Of a stretch of DNA of 64,000 bases, positions 51,676-62,922 are shown piece by piece; the first letter of the stretch is position 1, and every line of letters begins with the position of its first letter. The position numbers and the translations under genes are program-made. The stretch comes from Octopus vulgaris (taxonomy: Eukaryota). Where the stretch lies: assembly GCA_951406725.2 (NCBI GenBank), contig OX597822.1, forward strand, positions 36,890,001 to 36,954,000, given 5' to 3'. Under the pieces are notes generated by a model. The model was not told the origin of the DNA, did not search any database, and saw only the letters and a list, made by a program, of their open reading frames with translations.

Positions 51676-54600
51676 GCTATAAAACCAGAGTGTCCACTTA
51701 CTTTGGTAGTGTGCGTGTTTTGGCCTCAAGTATTTTGATCCATTTCTTCATTTTATTGATGAGGTTGTGTAGTTTTGTTGAACCTGGCACACTAAAGAAG
51801 AGAGAGAATAAGGTTAGAACGACAATTTTAGAGAAGGACAACAATGCTCATGAAAATTACTGCCTTCACTAGCTTTGAATATTGCTATGCATTGGTCTGT
51901 TAGTTTGTGACTGATTCTACTGTATAGACATTTGTTGGAACACTGACCAACAACAAGGGACAGATGGATGGAAACACAATTATTGACATGTGCATGCGTG
52001 CACACACACAGGGCAATTAACAGACACATAAACACAGGCATCTACTGACATACACACACATATGTAACTATTGATGTGCACCCACATACATGCAACTACT
52101 GACATACAGATATACACAGGCAAATACTGATATGTGCATGCACACACACGCACAAACATGAGCAACTGCTGAAGTGTACCTACTGAGACAGAGACACACA
52201 TCTACACAGAGAAACAGACACTCACAAAGATTGATACTCAAAATGATAGACTTACATACAGACAGACAATGGAACAAGATAAACAGACAATGATGATCAG
52301 GCTGTTAGACTGGTAAAAAATTACCCTCAGAGACATGAGAAGTTAGTTACATTCAGATAAATAAATAGAGGTCTCACTTACACAAGTAGACAGCCACTCT
52401 CACAAGTAAGCCAGCAAGCTGTCACACTCAAGTAGACGTATAGTCACACTTAGTTAGCCAGACAGTCCCACTTACACAGACAGATAGCCACACTCACAAG
52501 CAAGCAAGCAATCACACTTAGACAGGCAGGCACATTATGACAATTAGACAACCACACTCAAAAATAAGCACAGAGTCGCACTCAGACAGACAGACACAAA
52601 TAAGTATGTAGTCACATTCAGACAGATGGTCCTGCTCACAAACAAATTAATAATCACACTCAAGACAGATTGCCACATGCAGACATATAGACACACCCAC
52701 TCACAAATAAGCAGGTAATCACATTCAAATAGCTTCACTCTTAAAACATGATAGTTAATTATGATATTATAATCTGACTAACTGACCTGAAGTCGAAGTC
52801 TGTAGAAAACTGACTTTTCACTTTCTGGAAAACAGGGTCTCTGGCAGTTGCCTGGGCTCGTTTAGCCAGCGACTCAGATGCAGCACTGGAGAATGTCTGG
52901 ACAGCGTTGGAGACATTTTCAATGCCGACACCAAAAGTGCTCACCAATTTCTTCACAAAGTTCAGCGTGTGCGGGGTTATTGTGGTCTCGGCAACTGCAG
53001 TTTGGGAGAAGATGGAGAAAAAAGAAGCAGTCAGAACATGGTGGAACTGTTGAGACAACTTCAAGAAAGGATATGTAAAAATTATTGATGCTCAGGTACA
53101 AGAATTCCTTCAACCTACACAAGTTTTGCAAACATACAACACCCAGGATGGAAGATAGCCTAGCAGCACTGGGATACATCCTCAGATGTCTAAACTGATA
53201 AATAACAACAAGAACAGTTCTAAAATACTCACCAGCCCCTCTGTTTTCAAAAGCTACAGCATTACATTTAGCCAAACCTTGGTGTAACTGCCGTAAAACT
53301 TCTTCGTACCAATTTTCACGAAACCAGACCATCTGTTGAAGAAGAGAATTATAGATAAGCAAAAACATTATACATGACTTAGAACTTATACACTCATAAA
53401 CATCTGCACACACAACCATATGTACCCACATGCACGAACATATAGAGAATGTGTACAGTTAAGAGGGGCCTCTAGTCTACTTCTACTGAAGATGTGACAA
53501 ACTCCCTCAACTTGGAGTTCCAAAAGACACATCCAATACACTGTATAATGGTTAGTGTTAGAAGAGGATTCAGCAGTAGATGTATCATTATCATAATTTA
53601 ACATTTGATTTCTATGCTGGCACAGGTTGGAAGGTCTGGCAGAAGCTGGTGAGCTAGAGGACTGCACCAAGCTCTAATGTTTGCCTTGGCATGGTTCTTA
53701 CAGCTGGATGCCCATACTAACACTAGCCAAAAATGAAATGCAGACTCATGCCAGCATGGGGAACAAATGAAAAATGACAATGATCATCATCATCATTTAA
53801 CGTCCACTTTCCATACTAGCAAGGGTTGGACGATTTGACTGAGGACTGGCAAACCAGATAGCTGCACCATGCTTCAATCTGATCTGGCAGAGTTTCTATG
53901 GCTGGATGTCCTTCCTAACATCAACCACTCTGAGAGTGTAGCAGGTGCTTTTACGTGCCACCGGCACAAGGGCCAGTCTGGCGATACTGGCAACAGCCAC
54001 GCTCAAAACGGTGTTTTTTACATGCCACCTGCACAAGAGTCAGTCCAGCGGCACTGGCAACGACCTCACTCGAATGTTTTGTTCATGTGCCAGTAAGGCA
54101 ACGCTGATAACGATCATGCTCAAATGGTGCTTTTTACGGGCCACCGGCACAGAAGCCACACAGCTGCTCTGGCAGTGATCCCGCTCGGATGGAGCTGTTA
54201 GTGCTCCATTGGCATAGGTGCCAGTCATCAAATTTGGTTCAATTTCATGATAAAACATACATATCCATATACTCACAAACATATATTTAAACTTACACAT
54301 CGATGTATTCACAAACATATGCATAGACATTGATATGCTCAGAGCCATCAATGAATCAGTAGAAATACTGGGCATACATGCAAGACATGAAAGTAGCAGC
54401 TTTATACACAAAAGAGCACAAAACAAAAGAAGGGGCCTTACTTGGTCAACAATTCCCTCGAGTGATGAAAGGATTGTCGGATGGATCTCTCTCTGCATAT
54501 GCATTATTTTGCTGCAGCGCCACATGGAGGCAGTGGCTCGGATTGGACCACTCTCCCCTTGCTGGCCTGTAGCTGCTGTTGCAGTTGCCGTTGCTGCTGC

Positions 54601-57600
54601 TGCTGCTGGCTGTGCTTGCTGTTGCACTTGAGCCAACTGTTGTCCAGCAGGAGAAACACTGGCCTGCTGTTGGCCGGATGAGATAAAATCTGGCAAAGGA
54701 AAAGAAACACAAAATTTCAATGAATTTAAAGAACAAAACAAAAAAAAAAAAGATCAGAAAAAGAAAGCATAGTAGTCCTGACCTTTGTAGGGCTTCCAAG
54801 ACTGGGTATAAATGGGATTCAGAAGAAATAGTGACTCATGGGATGGGAGTGAAGAGAGTAAGCTGGGACAGGAAACGGTGTTCAAATTATTGAGTTACTC
54901 TCAGACTGAACAAACAGCTGTTAATGGTGTGTTTGTGTGTGTGGTGTAGTAATACATGGGGATTGTAATCCTAATTATTGCATATGCACACTTACATAAA
55001 CGTGTGTGTGTGTAAAAGAAAGCTTAACCATCACTAGCAAATGATCGTGACTTGGGAGCATGTGCCATACATTTACAGATTACTTTAAATGTGTTTGTAG
55101 TTGTGGACAGGTGGACACTATTTTGACTCTCCTGCTCTTGGTCTGTGGAACATCCTCAAGGAGGGCTTTATTAGCAGTCAGCTGGCACAGATTTTTAGCT
55201 GAGAAACTGCAGCTTGGGCCATGCTCAAGGACCAAATGTACTGCCTGGTCCAAGAATCATAACTGTGAGCCCAACATCTTAACCACTAGGCCATATAAAC
55301 TTTTATAAGGAAAAGTTAATAAATACATACTCTATTAAAAAGTACTGAGTAACCCTTAAGTCAAATGCTAAAATGTTTTTATATATAACTTCACATAAAA
55401 ATAAGCATGGCTGTGTAATTAGGGAGGCCATTTTGCAATAACGTGGTTTCAGGTTCAGTCTCATGGCATGGCACCTTAGACAAGTGTCTTCTACTATGAC
55501 CCCAGGCTGATCAAAGCCTTGAGTGAATTTAGTAGACAGAAACTGTATGGAAGCCTATTGTGTGTGTGTGTGAGTGTGTGTTTGTCCCTGCTCCACTGTT
55601 TGACAACTGGTGTTGGTTTGTTTATGTCCATGTAACTTAACAGTTTGGTAAACAAGACCAATAGAATAAGTACCAAACTTAAAACGTAAGTACTGGTGTC
55701 AATATGTTCAACCGAAACCCTTCAAAGTGGTGCTCCAGAATGGCCACAGTCCAATGACGGAAACAAGTAAATGGCAAAAACAAACACACACATATGGACT
55801 CTATGTATATATTTCAGTGCATATCCATGTTTAACTCCAGTACCAAAATGTACTCTCACCAATAAAGGCAGAATGTCCAGTCAGTGGTGCCAAGTTGCCT
55901 GTGGTCAAACAGCTGCACCAAACCACTTCATTCTGCAGACATGCACACACACATATGCAGTCATGGTCTTTTCTCAGAAAGGAAAATGTGGCAGTGTACG
56001 ACTTGAAGAATGCCATTCTCACCTGAATCTGGAGTGGCTGGTGTCCGAGGAGTGTTTGGACTGGTCACTTGAGATAGAGGAGTGGATGCTGCTGAATTTG
56101 TACCTCCAGTAGCAGCAGCATTTGCAACATTAGGGGTCATAGTAACCAAAGGACTGCTACTACTGCTGCGACTGGCTGTGGTAGCATTAGCTGCCTCGTT
56201 AGTTTTGTCTGTTGATGAGAGAAAGAAAAAGAGAGTGAAGTAAGCAAGGTAGCAAGGTCATAGTTTGATAGAACAAATATAACACGTGTACACACACATC
56301 AATTATTGTAGACATGTATCATTGGACAATAAACTTTGCTTGCGAAGACCTATTGAGGCAAGTGAAGTCAAATCAAAATCACTGACGTATCTGATGACAG
56401 AACTGCCTGATTGGCACTCATGCCAGTGGAATGTTAAAAGCACATCCGAGGATGATCGTTGCCAGGGCCACAGATTGGCTCCCGTGCTGGTGGCACGTAA
56501 AAAGCACCATGTGAGCATGATCGTTACCAGCATCGCTTTAGCGGCACATGAAAAACAATATTTGAGAGCGGTCGTTGCCAGTGACACCAGACTGGCTACC
56601 GTGCAGGTAGCGCGTAAAAAAACACCTTTTGAGCATGGTTGTTGCCAGAACCGCCTGACTGGCCCTCATGCCGGTGGCACGTAAAAGCACCCACTACACT
56701 CTCGGAGTGGTTGGTGTTAGGAAGGGTATCCAGCTGTAGAAACTTTGCCAGATCAGATTGAGCCTGGTGCAGCCTTCTGGTTCACCAGTCCTCAGTCAAA
56801 CCGTCCAACCCATGCCAGCTAGGAAAGCAGACAGAAAACAACAATATGGTAATGATGTACACACAATCTCTCACTTTTATACAACCACACATCACATACA
56901 TAAAAGGAACTGTAACAGGTACATGCATACACACACATGCGCACACACTCACACACAATAAGGAATTGCCAAATCCATATATGCTAGATAAAGATCTGTT
57001 CTGTTAGTGCTGCCATGTCAAGTAGGGTTTTAAAACAATCTGTGATAAAAGGCAAAAGAAAGAAAAAAAACTCCAATAAAACTTACATCTCTCCCGCTGT
57101 TCAATCTTCAGAGTGAGGTAGAGGGTTCTAATAGGGAAATAGACAGCTTGTGGGTACATCCTACCCACCTGGGTTAATAAATTTAAGATCAAGCGGCCTT
57201 CACTTCTTACCAAACATGTCAGCAATTGGGGAATCCTGAAACGAGAATGAGATGAGTACGCATGGTGGTGCATGGTAGTTGTGTGATAGTCTGGTGGTAC
57301 AAGGTCATTTGATAGTCTTCAGGTCCACAGGTACATGGTGATCGTCAAGTGATAGTCTGCTGATCATGGTGGTCATGTGATAGCATTAGTATATGGTCAT
57401 GTGACAATGTAGGTACCTGATGGTTATATAATAGTCTGCTGGTAAATTGGTAGTTATTTGACATCTATTAATACATTGCAGTACACACAGCCTTCATGTG
57501 ATCTGGTAATACATTGTAATGTACAGTGGTTGTTCTTATGTGAGACTGACTACATATGGCTGTTTGTTGTGCCAGAGGGTATGATATATTAGAGGAAAAG

Positions 57601-60600
57601 GAGGAGGCTGTGAACATAATAAAAAATGTTACACAAGAAAAAAAAACCAACAACGATGAAAATTATTGAAATTAGAAAGATAGTTGTGTAGTTAAGATAA
57701 GAAGTTCAATATATATCCAGATTCAATTCTGCTGGTGCACACCACTTTGGGCAAGTGTCTTCCAGAAGAGCCTTGGGGTGCTTAAAGCCAAGTCCTGTCA
57801 GTGAAAATGAATAACTGGAAACTGTAGAAGCCTATCAGGGAGTGGGGAGCTTGGTGAGAGGAGGAGGAAATGTCGATATGTTGCAAAAGCAAAAAGAAGA
57901 CAGAAACCCTCAAAAATCCCCTCAGTTACCTTGCAGTGTTTTGTTCTGTTTTGGTTACATCACTTTACACTCAGCAAGTAACTTTGCTTTGTATTTCATC
58001 TATTTATGAGGTCAATGAAATAAATAATGAGGCATGGCTATGTGGTTAAGAAGCTCACTTAGCAACCATGTGGCCTTGGGTTCAGTTCCGCTGTGTGGAA
58101 ACTTGGGTACGTTTCTTTTACTACAGCTCCTGGCTGGCCATCGTCTCATGAGTGAATCTGGTAGACAGAAACTGTGTAGAAGCCCAATTGTATAAAAATG
58201 CGTGTGTGTGTGTGTATGTGTGTTTCTTTGTGTTTGCCCTACCAACACAGCTTGGCAACTGGTGTTGGTTTGTTTATGTTCCCCTAACTTAGCAGTTTGG
58301 CAAAAGAAAACAACAGATTAAGTACTAGAAGTAAAACATAAGTACCACAGTTCATTTGTTCAACTTAAACCATTCACAGGGCAATGCTCCAGCATGGCTG
58401 CAGTCCAATGACTGAGACAAGCAAAGGATAAAAGACAAAGAAACAGACCAATATAATTTACTAAGTACCCTTGAATGTGGTACCCCAGCAAGTTCAGAGA
58501 CTAATGACAAACAAAACCTGTGAAAGGAAGTTGCACACAATGAAATCATCTGCAAATGCTACTTACCACGGCAACCACTGCACTGCAGGAACACCATTCG
58601 AGTATTTATCTACTGCCTCAGTCAATGTTGCTTTTTCATCATCATATGTGAGAAGCCAGAGGACTTTGGCAAGGTACTTGCGAGATCTGCTTTCATTCTG
58701 GTGTCGACAGGCGTGCAGGTAACATGTTATAGCCCAAACACCTTGTTGAATTTGTCTGGCGGGAAATTGAAAAGAAACAGCAAATTGAATAATGGAATAT
58801 ATATATCTATATATAGTCAATAAAACATAAATCAGAAATGAAGCACAATCTAAATAGAGCAGTAATTATTACAACAAAAGCCTGGCACCTTGAGTGGTCA
58901 TGGGGAGGTTTTTCTAAGTGTGTCCACTTCAGGCACTACCTACTGAAAAGTTGAATCTCCCTGTTGGCTGGTTAGGCTATTTCGGGTCTATAAGGTTTGA
59001 TTGGGGGTGGGGTGCTCTGGCTCAGAGGAGACAACATGTCCTCATAAACGTTTTTATATGTTAAGACTTAAATCTCAATACAATCTCTGAATGTTTCCTG
59101 AAGTCCACGACAGAGAAAATTAAAATTTTTTGCCTTTGAATAGAATCTGATGAGCTGTCCACAATGCTTTGGATTTGTGGATATGAAACCTTTGGTAACT
59201 CTATGTCCAAAATTTAAATTTTTGCTGTGCTATATATAGGTTTTAGTGATGAAAACAGAAAAATAGAACTCAAAACATGAGCATATGTCTATATATATAT
59301 ATAATTTCCAGATATTACAAAGAGACTATTACAGATGGGAGCTTCATGCATTGGCACTTATCAATGCATGAATCTCTTGCTCTTTGAGTCACTCTATAAT
59401 TTCTGCTTCTGCTGCTGATAATAATAATAATGTGTGTGTAAAAGAATTGATATAGGCATTTATTCAATTCTTCGTTGTTTTATAGTTATACATATATGTG
59501 AGAGAGAGGGAGGGAGGGAGGGAAAGCGAGAGAGATCATTTGACACCAATTTTGAGGGGTTTTTTTTCATGCTGGCATAGGCTGGACAAGTCTGACATCT
59601 TGCCATTTGCCTCACATATTCCACGGTCTTTTGTCATCTGGCAAAAAAGGTCTCTTTGATCTAGTTGGAGACAACTTTTCTAGTGCCAGTAGCAAAACAT
59701 CTCACTCAATGTCATAGTGTGGTTGGTTTTAGGAAGGGCATCCAGCTGTAGAAAAATCCATGCCAAAAATAATGACATAGAGAACAACTGAATGGGCTGT
59801 TTTATCCACTCAGTTACTTTGTGTGTGTCAGATGATGAAAAACTATGATAAATAGAAAACACTATTAGACACTACCAACCCACACCAGCACAGAAAAACA
59901 GATTATATATATATATATATAAATTTTGTACAGTTGTTTGTATTTACGTGTATTGGGTTGTATTACACTAATGATAGAAAAAGGGGGTTCCTCTTAATCC
60001 TGAAATCAATTGATATGTAATTGAACCTTTTACAGGAATCTTTTCGTTTATTTGCCCGAGTTCAGCACATGTTTATTGTGATATTTCAAGGTAGTTTAGA
60101 GACATTTGGTGTCTTCTTTCAGCATGTGGCTCGGCCTGTATACTTACTCACTTGTCCCAAATATAAATTTATATATATATACATATATATTGAGGTAATA
60201 TTTATTCCCACTGAAACATGGATGTTCTGTTAACAAACTTTACCATGAGGGAAACTCTCATATAGGCTTTTGGAACAGCAGTGAAGGCGCATGGCTCAGT
60301 GGTTAGAGCGTCGAGCTTACGATCGTGAGGTTGTGAGCTCGAATCCCGGACCGGGCTGCGTGTTGTGTTCTTGAGCAAAGCACTTTATTTCACGTTGCTC
60401 CAGTTCACTCAGCTGCAGAAATGAGTTGCGACGTCACTGGTGCCAAGCTGTATCGACCTTTGTCTTTCCCTTGGATAACACTGGTGGCGTGGAGAGGGGA
60501 GGCTGGTATGCATGGGCGACTGCTGGTCTTCCATAAACAACCTTGCCCGGACTTGTGTCTAGGAGGGTAACTTTCTAGGTGCAATCCCATGGTCATTCAT

Positions 60601-62785
60601 GACCGAAGGGGGTCTTTACCCTTTTTACAGCAGTGATTATTGGAAAACTTATGACAAATTTTATGTAGTAAGGCTTTTTTTTAGTTTTTGCTAAACTGGT
60701 GATAATTTTGGGTTTCTTGAGACAAATTCAAGTGATTGACATAACTGGATATAAATTCATTTAAATGCAATATCTGGCACTATGAGAGCCACCATATTCC
60801 TCCATTAAGTACATGGTTAAATTATGTATACATATGTATATAAGTATATATTTATATCCACAGGTAATGGTTCAATTGTTGTTTAACCACATTATAATTG
60901 TGGTGTGTGTACGTCCATGCACTGACAAGAATAGACACCTTATGACAGAGAAAGATCAAAGAAGATAAATGAAGCATTGCTGAGGATGCAGTTTCTCACA
61001 GATGAGATGACAAAGGATGAAATAGAATGGTGGAATGTTGTGCTTTACACCCATTCAATCTTTATCTGCTGCTGCTGTCCATGATGATGATGATAGAATT
61101 GATGATTACAATGATGATGATGGCAGTATTGATGATGATGATGTGAAGTAGAGTACTTACTTATCACGTGTAAAGACAGCGTCTAGATAGTCACCCCACT
61201 GAGCCCAAGCTTTCACTAAAGTGTCGGACATCTGAACTGCTGCTGAGAATGCCTTGTTGGCATCATCGGAACGGTTGAGCTGTGCCAGGAACATTCCTTT
61301 GAGGACGTAAAGCTCAGCAGTCATTTCTTTGGTAAAGTATTTCAGATTTGTTATCTCAATTATGTCCAAACCTTGCAAACACAACTGGATGGGGGGAAGA
61401 AAAATTTTGATAATAAATATTAACAACAATAATACCACCTTAAATTTCATGGTTATAATATTTTTACTGAACACTTATGGGTACACATTTTTTAAAAAAG
61501 ATTTATCCTGTCCTGGTACTCCTCAACATCTTATCCAGTGTATTATAAACAACATCTGTTAACAACCTCAACTGTCTGAGAGGTGTTCTATGGATAATGT
61601 GTAAATACAGCAGATATCAAGGAAAAGTTTTCACAATAATAATAAAATATTTTCTTTTCCCTTACTTCTGCCTACAAATACGAGATTGGTGGAAAAAATA
61701 TATAGAAAGACAGGTCACAACACTGATTTGTCTACTTAAATTTACTTTTTCCATTGTTTTCCATCTACATTAAAATCTGTTTTCTCTTTTCTATTTCCTG
61801 TCTCTGTCCCACTATTCAGAGTAGGGTATATAAACACAAGATTAGAAGAAAATAATACCTAAAAACCAAAGTCACAACAATGATTTATCTATTTAAAGCT
61901 ATTTTTCCCTTGCTCCCTATCTCATTCCTATCTATGTCCTACAAAGATTTTTTGATATTTAAATTAATCTTTCTCTTCTATGACTCCTGTCTCCATTCCA
62001 CAGCTCTCATCAGGGTATACCCCAACTCACACATATCAATAATGTCCTTGGCCTGTACCCTTATTAACAATAGCCATGACAGCTGTACCTTCACCTTCCC
62101 TAATAGGAAGAGAGAAGTAGCAACATCATGAAGGGGTATGTCAGAACGACATTCAGAGTACAGTGTGGCCATCTATGACTATGTAAGCATCCCCACTGAG
62201 ATCATTCTCAGGGAGGAGAGTGTTTCGTCTATTTGGACAATCTACAGGATGAAAAACAAAACCCTTCAAGGGAGTCAACAGCCATCCAAATACTACACTT
62301 ATTATTATTATTATTAATAGTGTTGGTGGTGCTATTGCTATTATTATAATAAATCATGGAACCCTGTACTACTGCATAGTGATGGTAACAATAATAATAA
62401 TTACACAGAGGCCATAAAGTAACCAAGGTGGCCCTTGGCAGGATTGGGAGGAGAGCCATTTTAGCCTTGCTGGCAGCTTGTTAAAGATGGTGTCTGAATA
62501 ATAACAGTAATGGTTGTGTCAATATATCACAACATTCCTCTTTATGAGTATAATGGGAGATGAAGATTTATGTCACAACTACATTTAATGTGATTGAACT
62601 TCCCCCACCTCCTTTGATAATGGTTAAAACTAAACATAAAAAAAAAAATTTACAAAACAATAGTAAGACATACTTCTTGGAGTTCTGAACGACTCATCGT
62701 ACTAGCCATTTGGAGATAGCACTTGATTTGCTGTCGTATCTTCTGGAAACAGTCCACAATGGGCACTGTCGGGATTGTGTGGATC
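39124..62785 (-). CDS. TRRAP: Transformation/transcription domain-associated protein (TRRAP/Tra1), 3' part: 18 coding exons, 2704 nt, about 900 aa (FAT end, PIKK pseudokinase, FATC); 5' exons lie beyond the window
   Basis: Spliced translation matches TRRAP motifs (IHTIPTVPIVDCFQKIRQQ, WIPQLL, GPIRATASMWRC, RRLYIRGHNGK, VPFRLTPNI, LCRMDPAWHPWL*). All 17 internal introns are GT-AG with consistent phases. Confidence 0.98.
39335..39606 (-). mobile_element. RTE tail element
   Basis: Same tail and 3' UTR units as the 26455 LINE. Confidence 0.85.
41524..41629 (-). CDS. TRRAP: TRRAP exon (KQEETNPCTQPPAMEGELLISLVNKAVSAITTRLN)
   Basis: ttcag| and |gtaagt, 106 nt. Confidence 0.94.
42212..42505 (+). 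mobile_element. piggyBac-like MITE
   Basis: ttaa|ccctttagcattc ... aatgcgaaaggg|ttac; related copies at about 21370-21573, 28147 and 63559. Confidence 0.75.
42690..42886 (-). CDS. TRRAP: TRRAP exon (ELDANRPVPFRLTPNIAEFL...LRDEYITWHKK)
   Basis: ttcag| and |gtaagc, 197 nt. Confidence 0.97.
43809..43950 (-). CDS. TRRAP: TRRAP exon, pseudokinase catalytic-loop region (ITIQLALMAFAEFILHLTRMNPDMMYLHQDCGFLNIAYFKFDLDDQS)
   Basis: cccag| and |gtaagg, 142 nt. Confidence 0.96.
44081..44301 (+). mobile_element. piggyBac-like MITE with TTAA TSD
   Basis: ttaa|cccttttattac ... gtaacgaaaggg|ttaa; partial relative at about 48735. Confidence 0.85.
45650..45999 (+). mobile_element. CORE-like SINE ending 8 bp from a TRRAP splice donor
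   Basis: Head gctgtgtggttaag, cttgggcaagtg core, tail gaaacaagtaaaagataaaag. Confidence 0.8.
46008..46223 (-). CDS. TRRAP: TRRAP exon (RCLKRGIEHDAPIARYYERLATVQARG...DYWTFRKT)
   Basis: tgtag| and |gtgagt, 216 nt. Confidence 0.97.
46784..46939. repeat. Near-perfect 156-bp palindrome
   Basis: ctattttgaacccattttgattattatgctgtctcatatgtgtgtaatatctttgctat(ac)n followed by its reverse complement; one mismatch outside the microsatellite. Confidence 0.95.
47772..47888 (-). CDS. TRRAP: TRRAP exon (ETSRRLLYFTVPRVVSFSPQMRLVEDNPASISLQDIFKQ)
   Basis: ttcag| and |gtaact, 117 nt. Confidence 0.96.
49057..49164 (-). CDS. TRRAP: TRRAP exon (IYPYLVINDGCLTESCREERVLQLLRMLNLFLTKQK)
   Basis: tacag| and |gtaact, 108 nt. 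Confidence 0.96.
49310..49770 (-). mobile_element. RTE 3' UTR and tail fragment
   Basis: Tail plus tandem units plus gtgttgcataaccagcccatttaa. Confidence 0.8.
50016..50123 (-). CDS. TRRAP: TRRAP exon (SGHYYVRIARFMPRVEIVKKHNTAARRLYIRGHNGK)
   Basis: tccag| and |gtaagt, 108 nt. Confidence 0.97.
50651..50744 (-). CDS. TRRAP: TRRAP exon (SFLIEEKCRFLSNFSINNVEVELPGEFLLPK)
   Basis: tccag| and |gtaaga, 94 nt. Confidence 0.96.
50815..51325 (+). mobile_element. Older RTE subfamily 3' fragment with about 21-bp tandem units
   Basis: RLSWFGHVMQMD...RPRKTWDEVLK; repeated ccatgtaaaagcactc..gcagtg; (GAT)n tail. Confidence 0.8.
51702..51791 (-). CDS. TRRAP: TRRAP exon (VPGSTKLHNLINKMKKWIKILEAKTRTLP)
   Basis: tttag| and |gtaagt, 90 nt. 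Confidence 0.95.
52330..52740. repeat. Degenerate 22-28 bp minisatellite (AGTCACACT..GACAG)
   Basis: Recurring gtcacactca/atcacactta followed by gacag/aagcaag. Confidence 0.65.
52787..52994 (-). CDS. TRRAP: TRRAP exon (VAETTITPHTLNFVKKLVSTFGVG...FSTDFDF)
   Basis: tgcag| and |gtcagt, 208 nt. Confidence 0.96.
53233..53332 (-). CDS. TRRAP: TRRAP exon (MVWFRENWYEEVLRQLHQGLAKCNAVAFENRGA)
   Basis: aacag| and |gtgagt, 100 nt. Confidence 0.96.
53780..54245 (-). mobile_element. RTE 3' UTR and tail fragment
   Basis: Reverse complement of the 27080-27543 region. Confidence 0.85.
54442..54689 (-). CDS. TRRAP: TRRAP exon (FISSGQQQ...GPIRATASMWRCSKIMHMQREIHPTILSSLEGIVDQ)
   Basis: gccag| and |gtaagg, 248 nt. 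Confidence 0.95.
56023..56208 (-). CDS. TRRAP: TRRAP low-complexity S/T/P/A-rich exon (YKTNEAANATTAS...TPRTPATPDS)
   Basis: caacag| after a pyrimidine tract, |gtgaga donor, 186 nt, phase 1-1; completes the conserved ERYK. Confidence 0.85.
56318..56850 (+). mobile_element. RTE 3' UTR and tail fragment
   Basis: Co-linear with 27035-27543. Confidence 0.88.
57087..57235 (-). CDS. TRRAP: TRRAP exon (IPQLLTCLV...YPQAVYFPIRTLYLTLKIEQRER)
   Basis: ttcag| and |gtaagt, 149 nt. Confidence 0.96.
57260..57530. repeat. Degenerate repeat of about 25-30 bp (catggtggtcatgtgatagtctgctggta)
   Basis: About 8 decayed units upstream of the 57235 acceptor. Confidence 0.6.
58030..58440 (+). mobile_element. CORE-like tRNA SINE (similar copy at about 55405-55772)
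   Basis: Head, core and tail as in the 28513 copy. Confidence 0.8.
58567..58755 (-). CDS. TRRAP: TRRAP exon (QIQQGVWAITCYLHACRHQNESRSRKYLAKVLWLL...QWLPW)
   Basis: ccag| and |gtaagt, 189 nt. Confidence 0.96.
60285..60626 (+). mobile_element. Young tRNA-derived SINE with 10-bp TSD
   Basis: A box tggctcagtgg, B box gctcgaatcc, CpG retained; TSD acagcagtga at 60275-60284 and 60627-60636. Confidence 0.92.
61161..61384 (-). CDS. TRRAP: TRRAP exon (LCLQGLDIIEITNLKYFTKEM...VFTRDK)
   Basis: Pyrimidine tract + ccag| acceptor, |gtaagt donor, 224 nt. Confidence 0.92.
62674..62785 (-). CDS. TRRAP: TRRAP exon (IHTIPTVPIVDCFQKIRQQIKCYLQMASTMSRSELQE)
   Basis: ttcag| acceptor, |gtatgt donor, 112 nt. Confidence 0.95.
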
Positions 62786-62922
62786 CTGAAATGAAATAAT
62801 TTAAATCTCTATGATTACATCTTGGAAATATAATTCATTACCATAAATTTTATACAAAGGAGGACACTAGAATATAAATTCCTTAACTGTCATATGCAAC
62901 AGTGAAAGTAGTGGTATTAAAG

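Noticed and set aside
52878-54681. Plus-strand ORFs antisense to TRRAP exons
   Set aside because: Shadow ORFs of coding or low-complexity sequence with no splice or homology support.
54040-54741. 233-aa ORF as an independent gene
   Set aside because: It is a TRRAP exon with read-through into intron and RTE sequence.
60286-60355. tRNA gene (also 19420-19495 and 36380-36450)
   Set aside because: A/B boxes are present, but there is no complete cloverleaf and the sequence continues into a SINE body, with TSDs in two of the three cases.
61978-62172. Intronic 64-aa ORF as a missing TRRAP exon
   Set aside because: The flanking exons join in frame and cover the conserved sequence; no TRRAP similarity.
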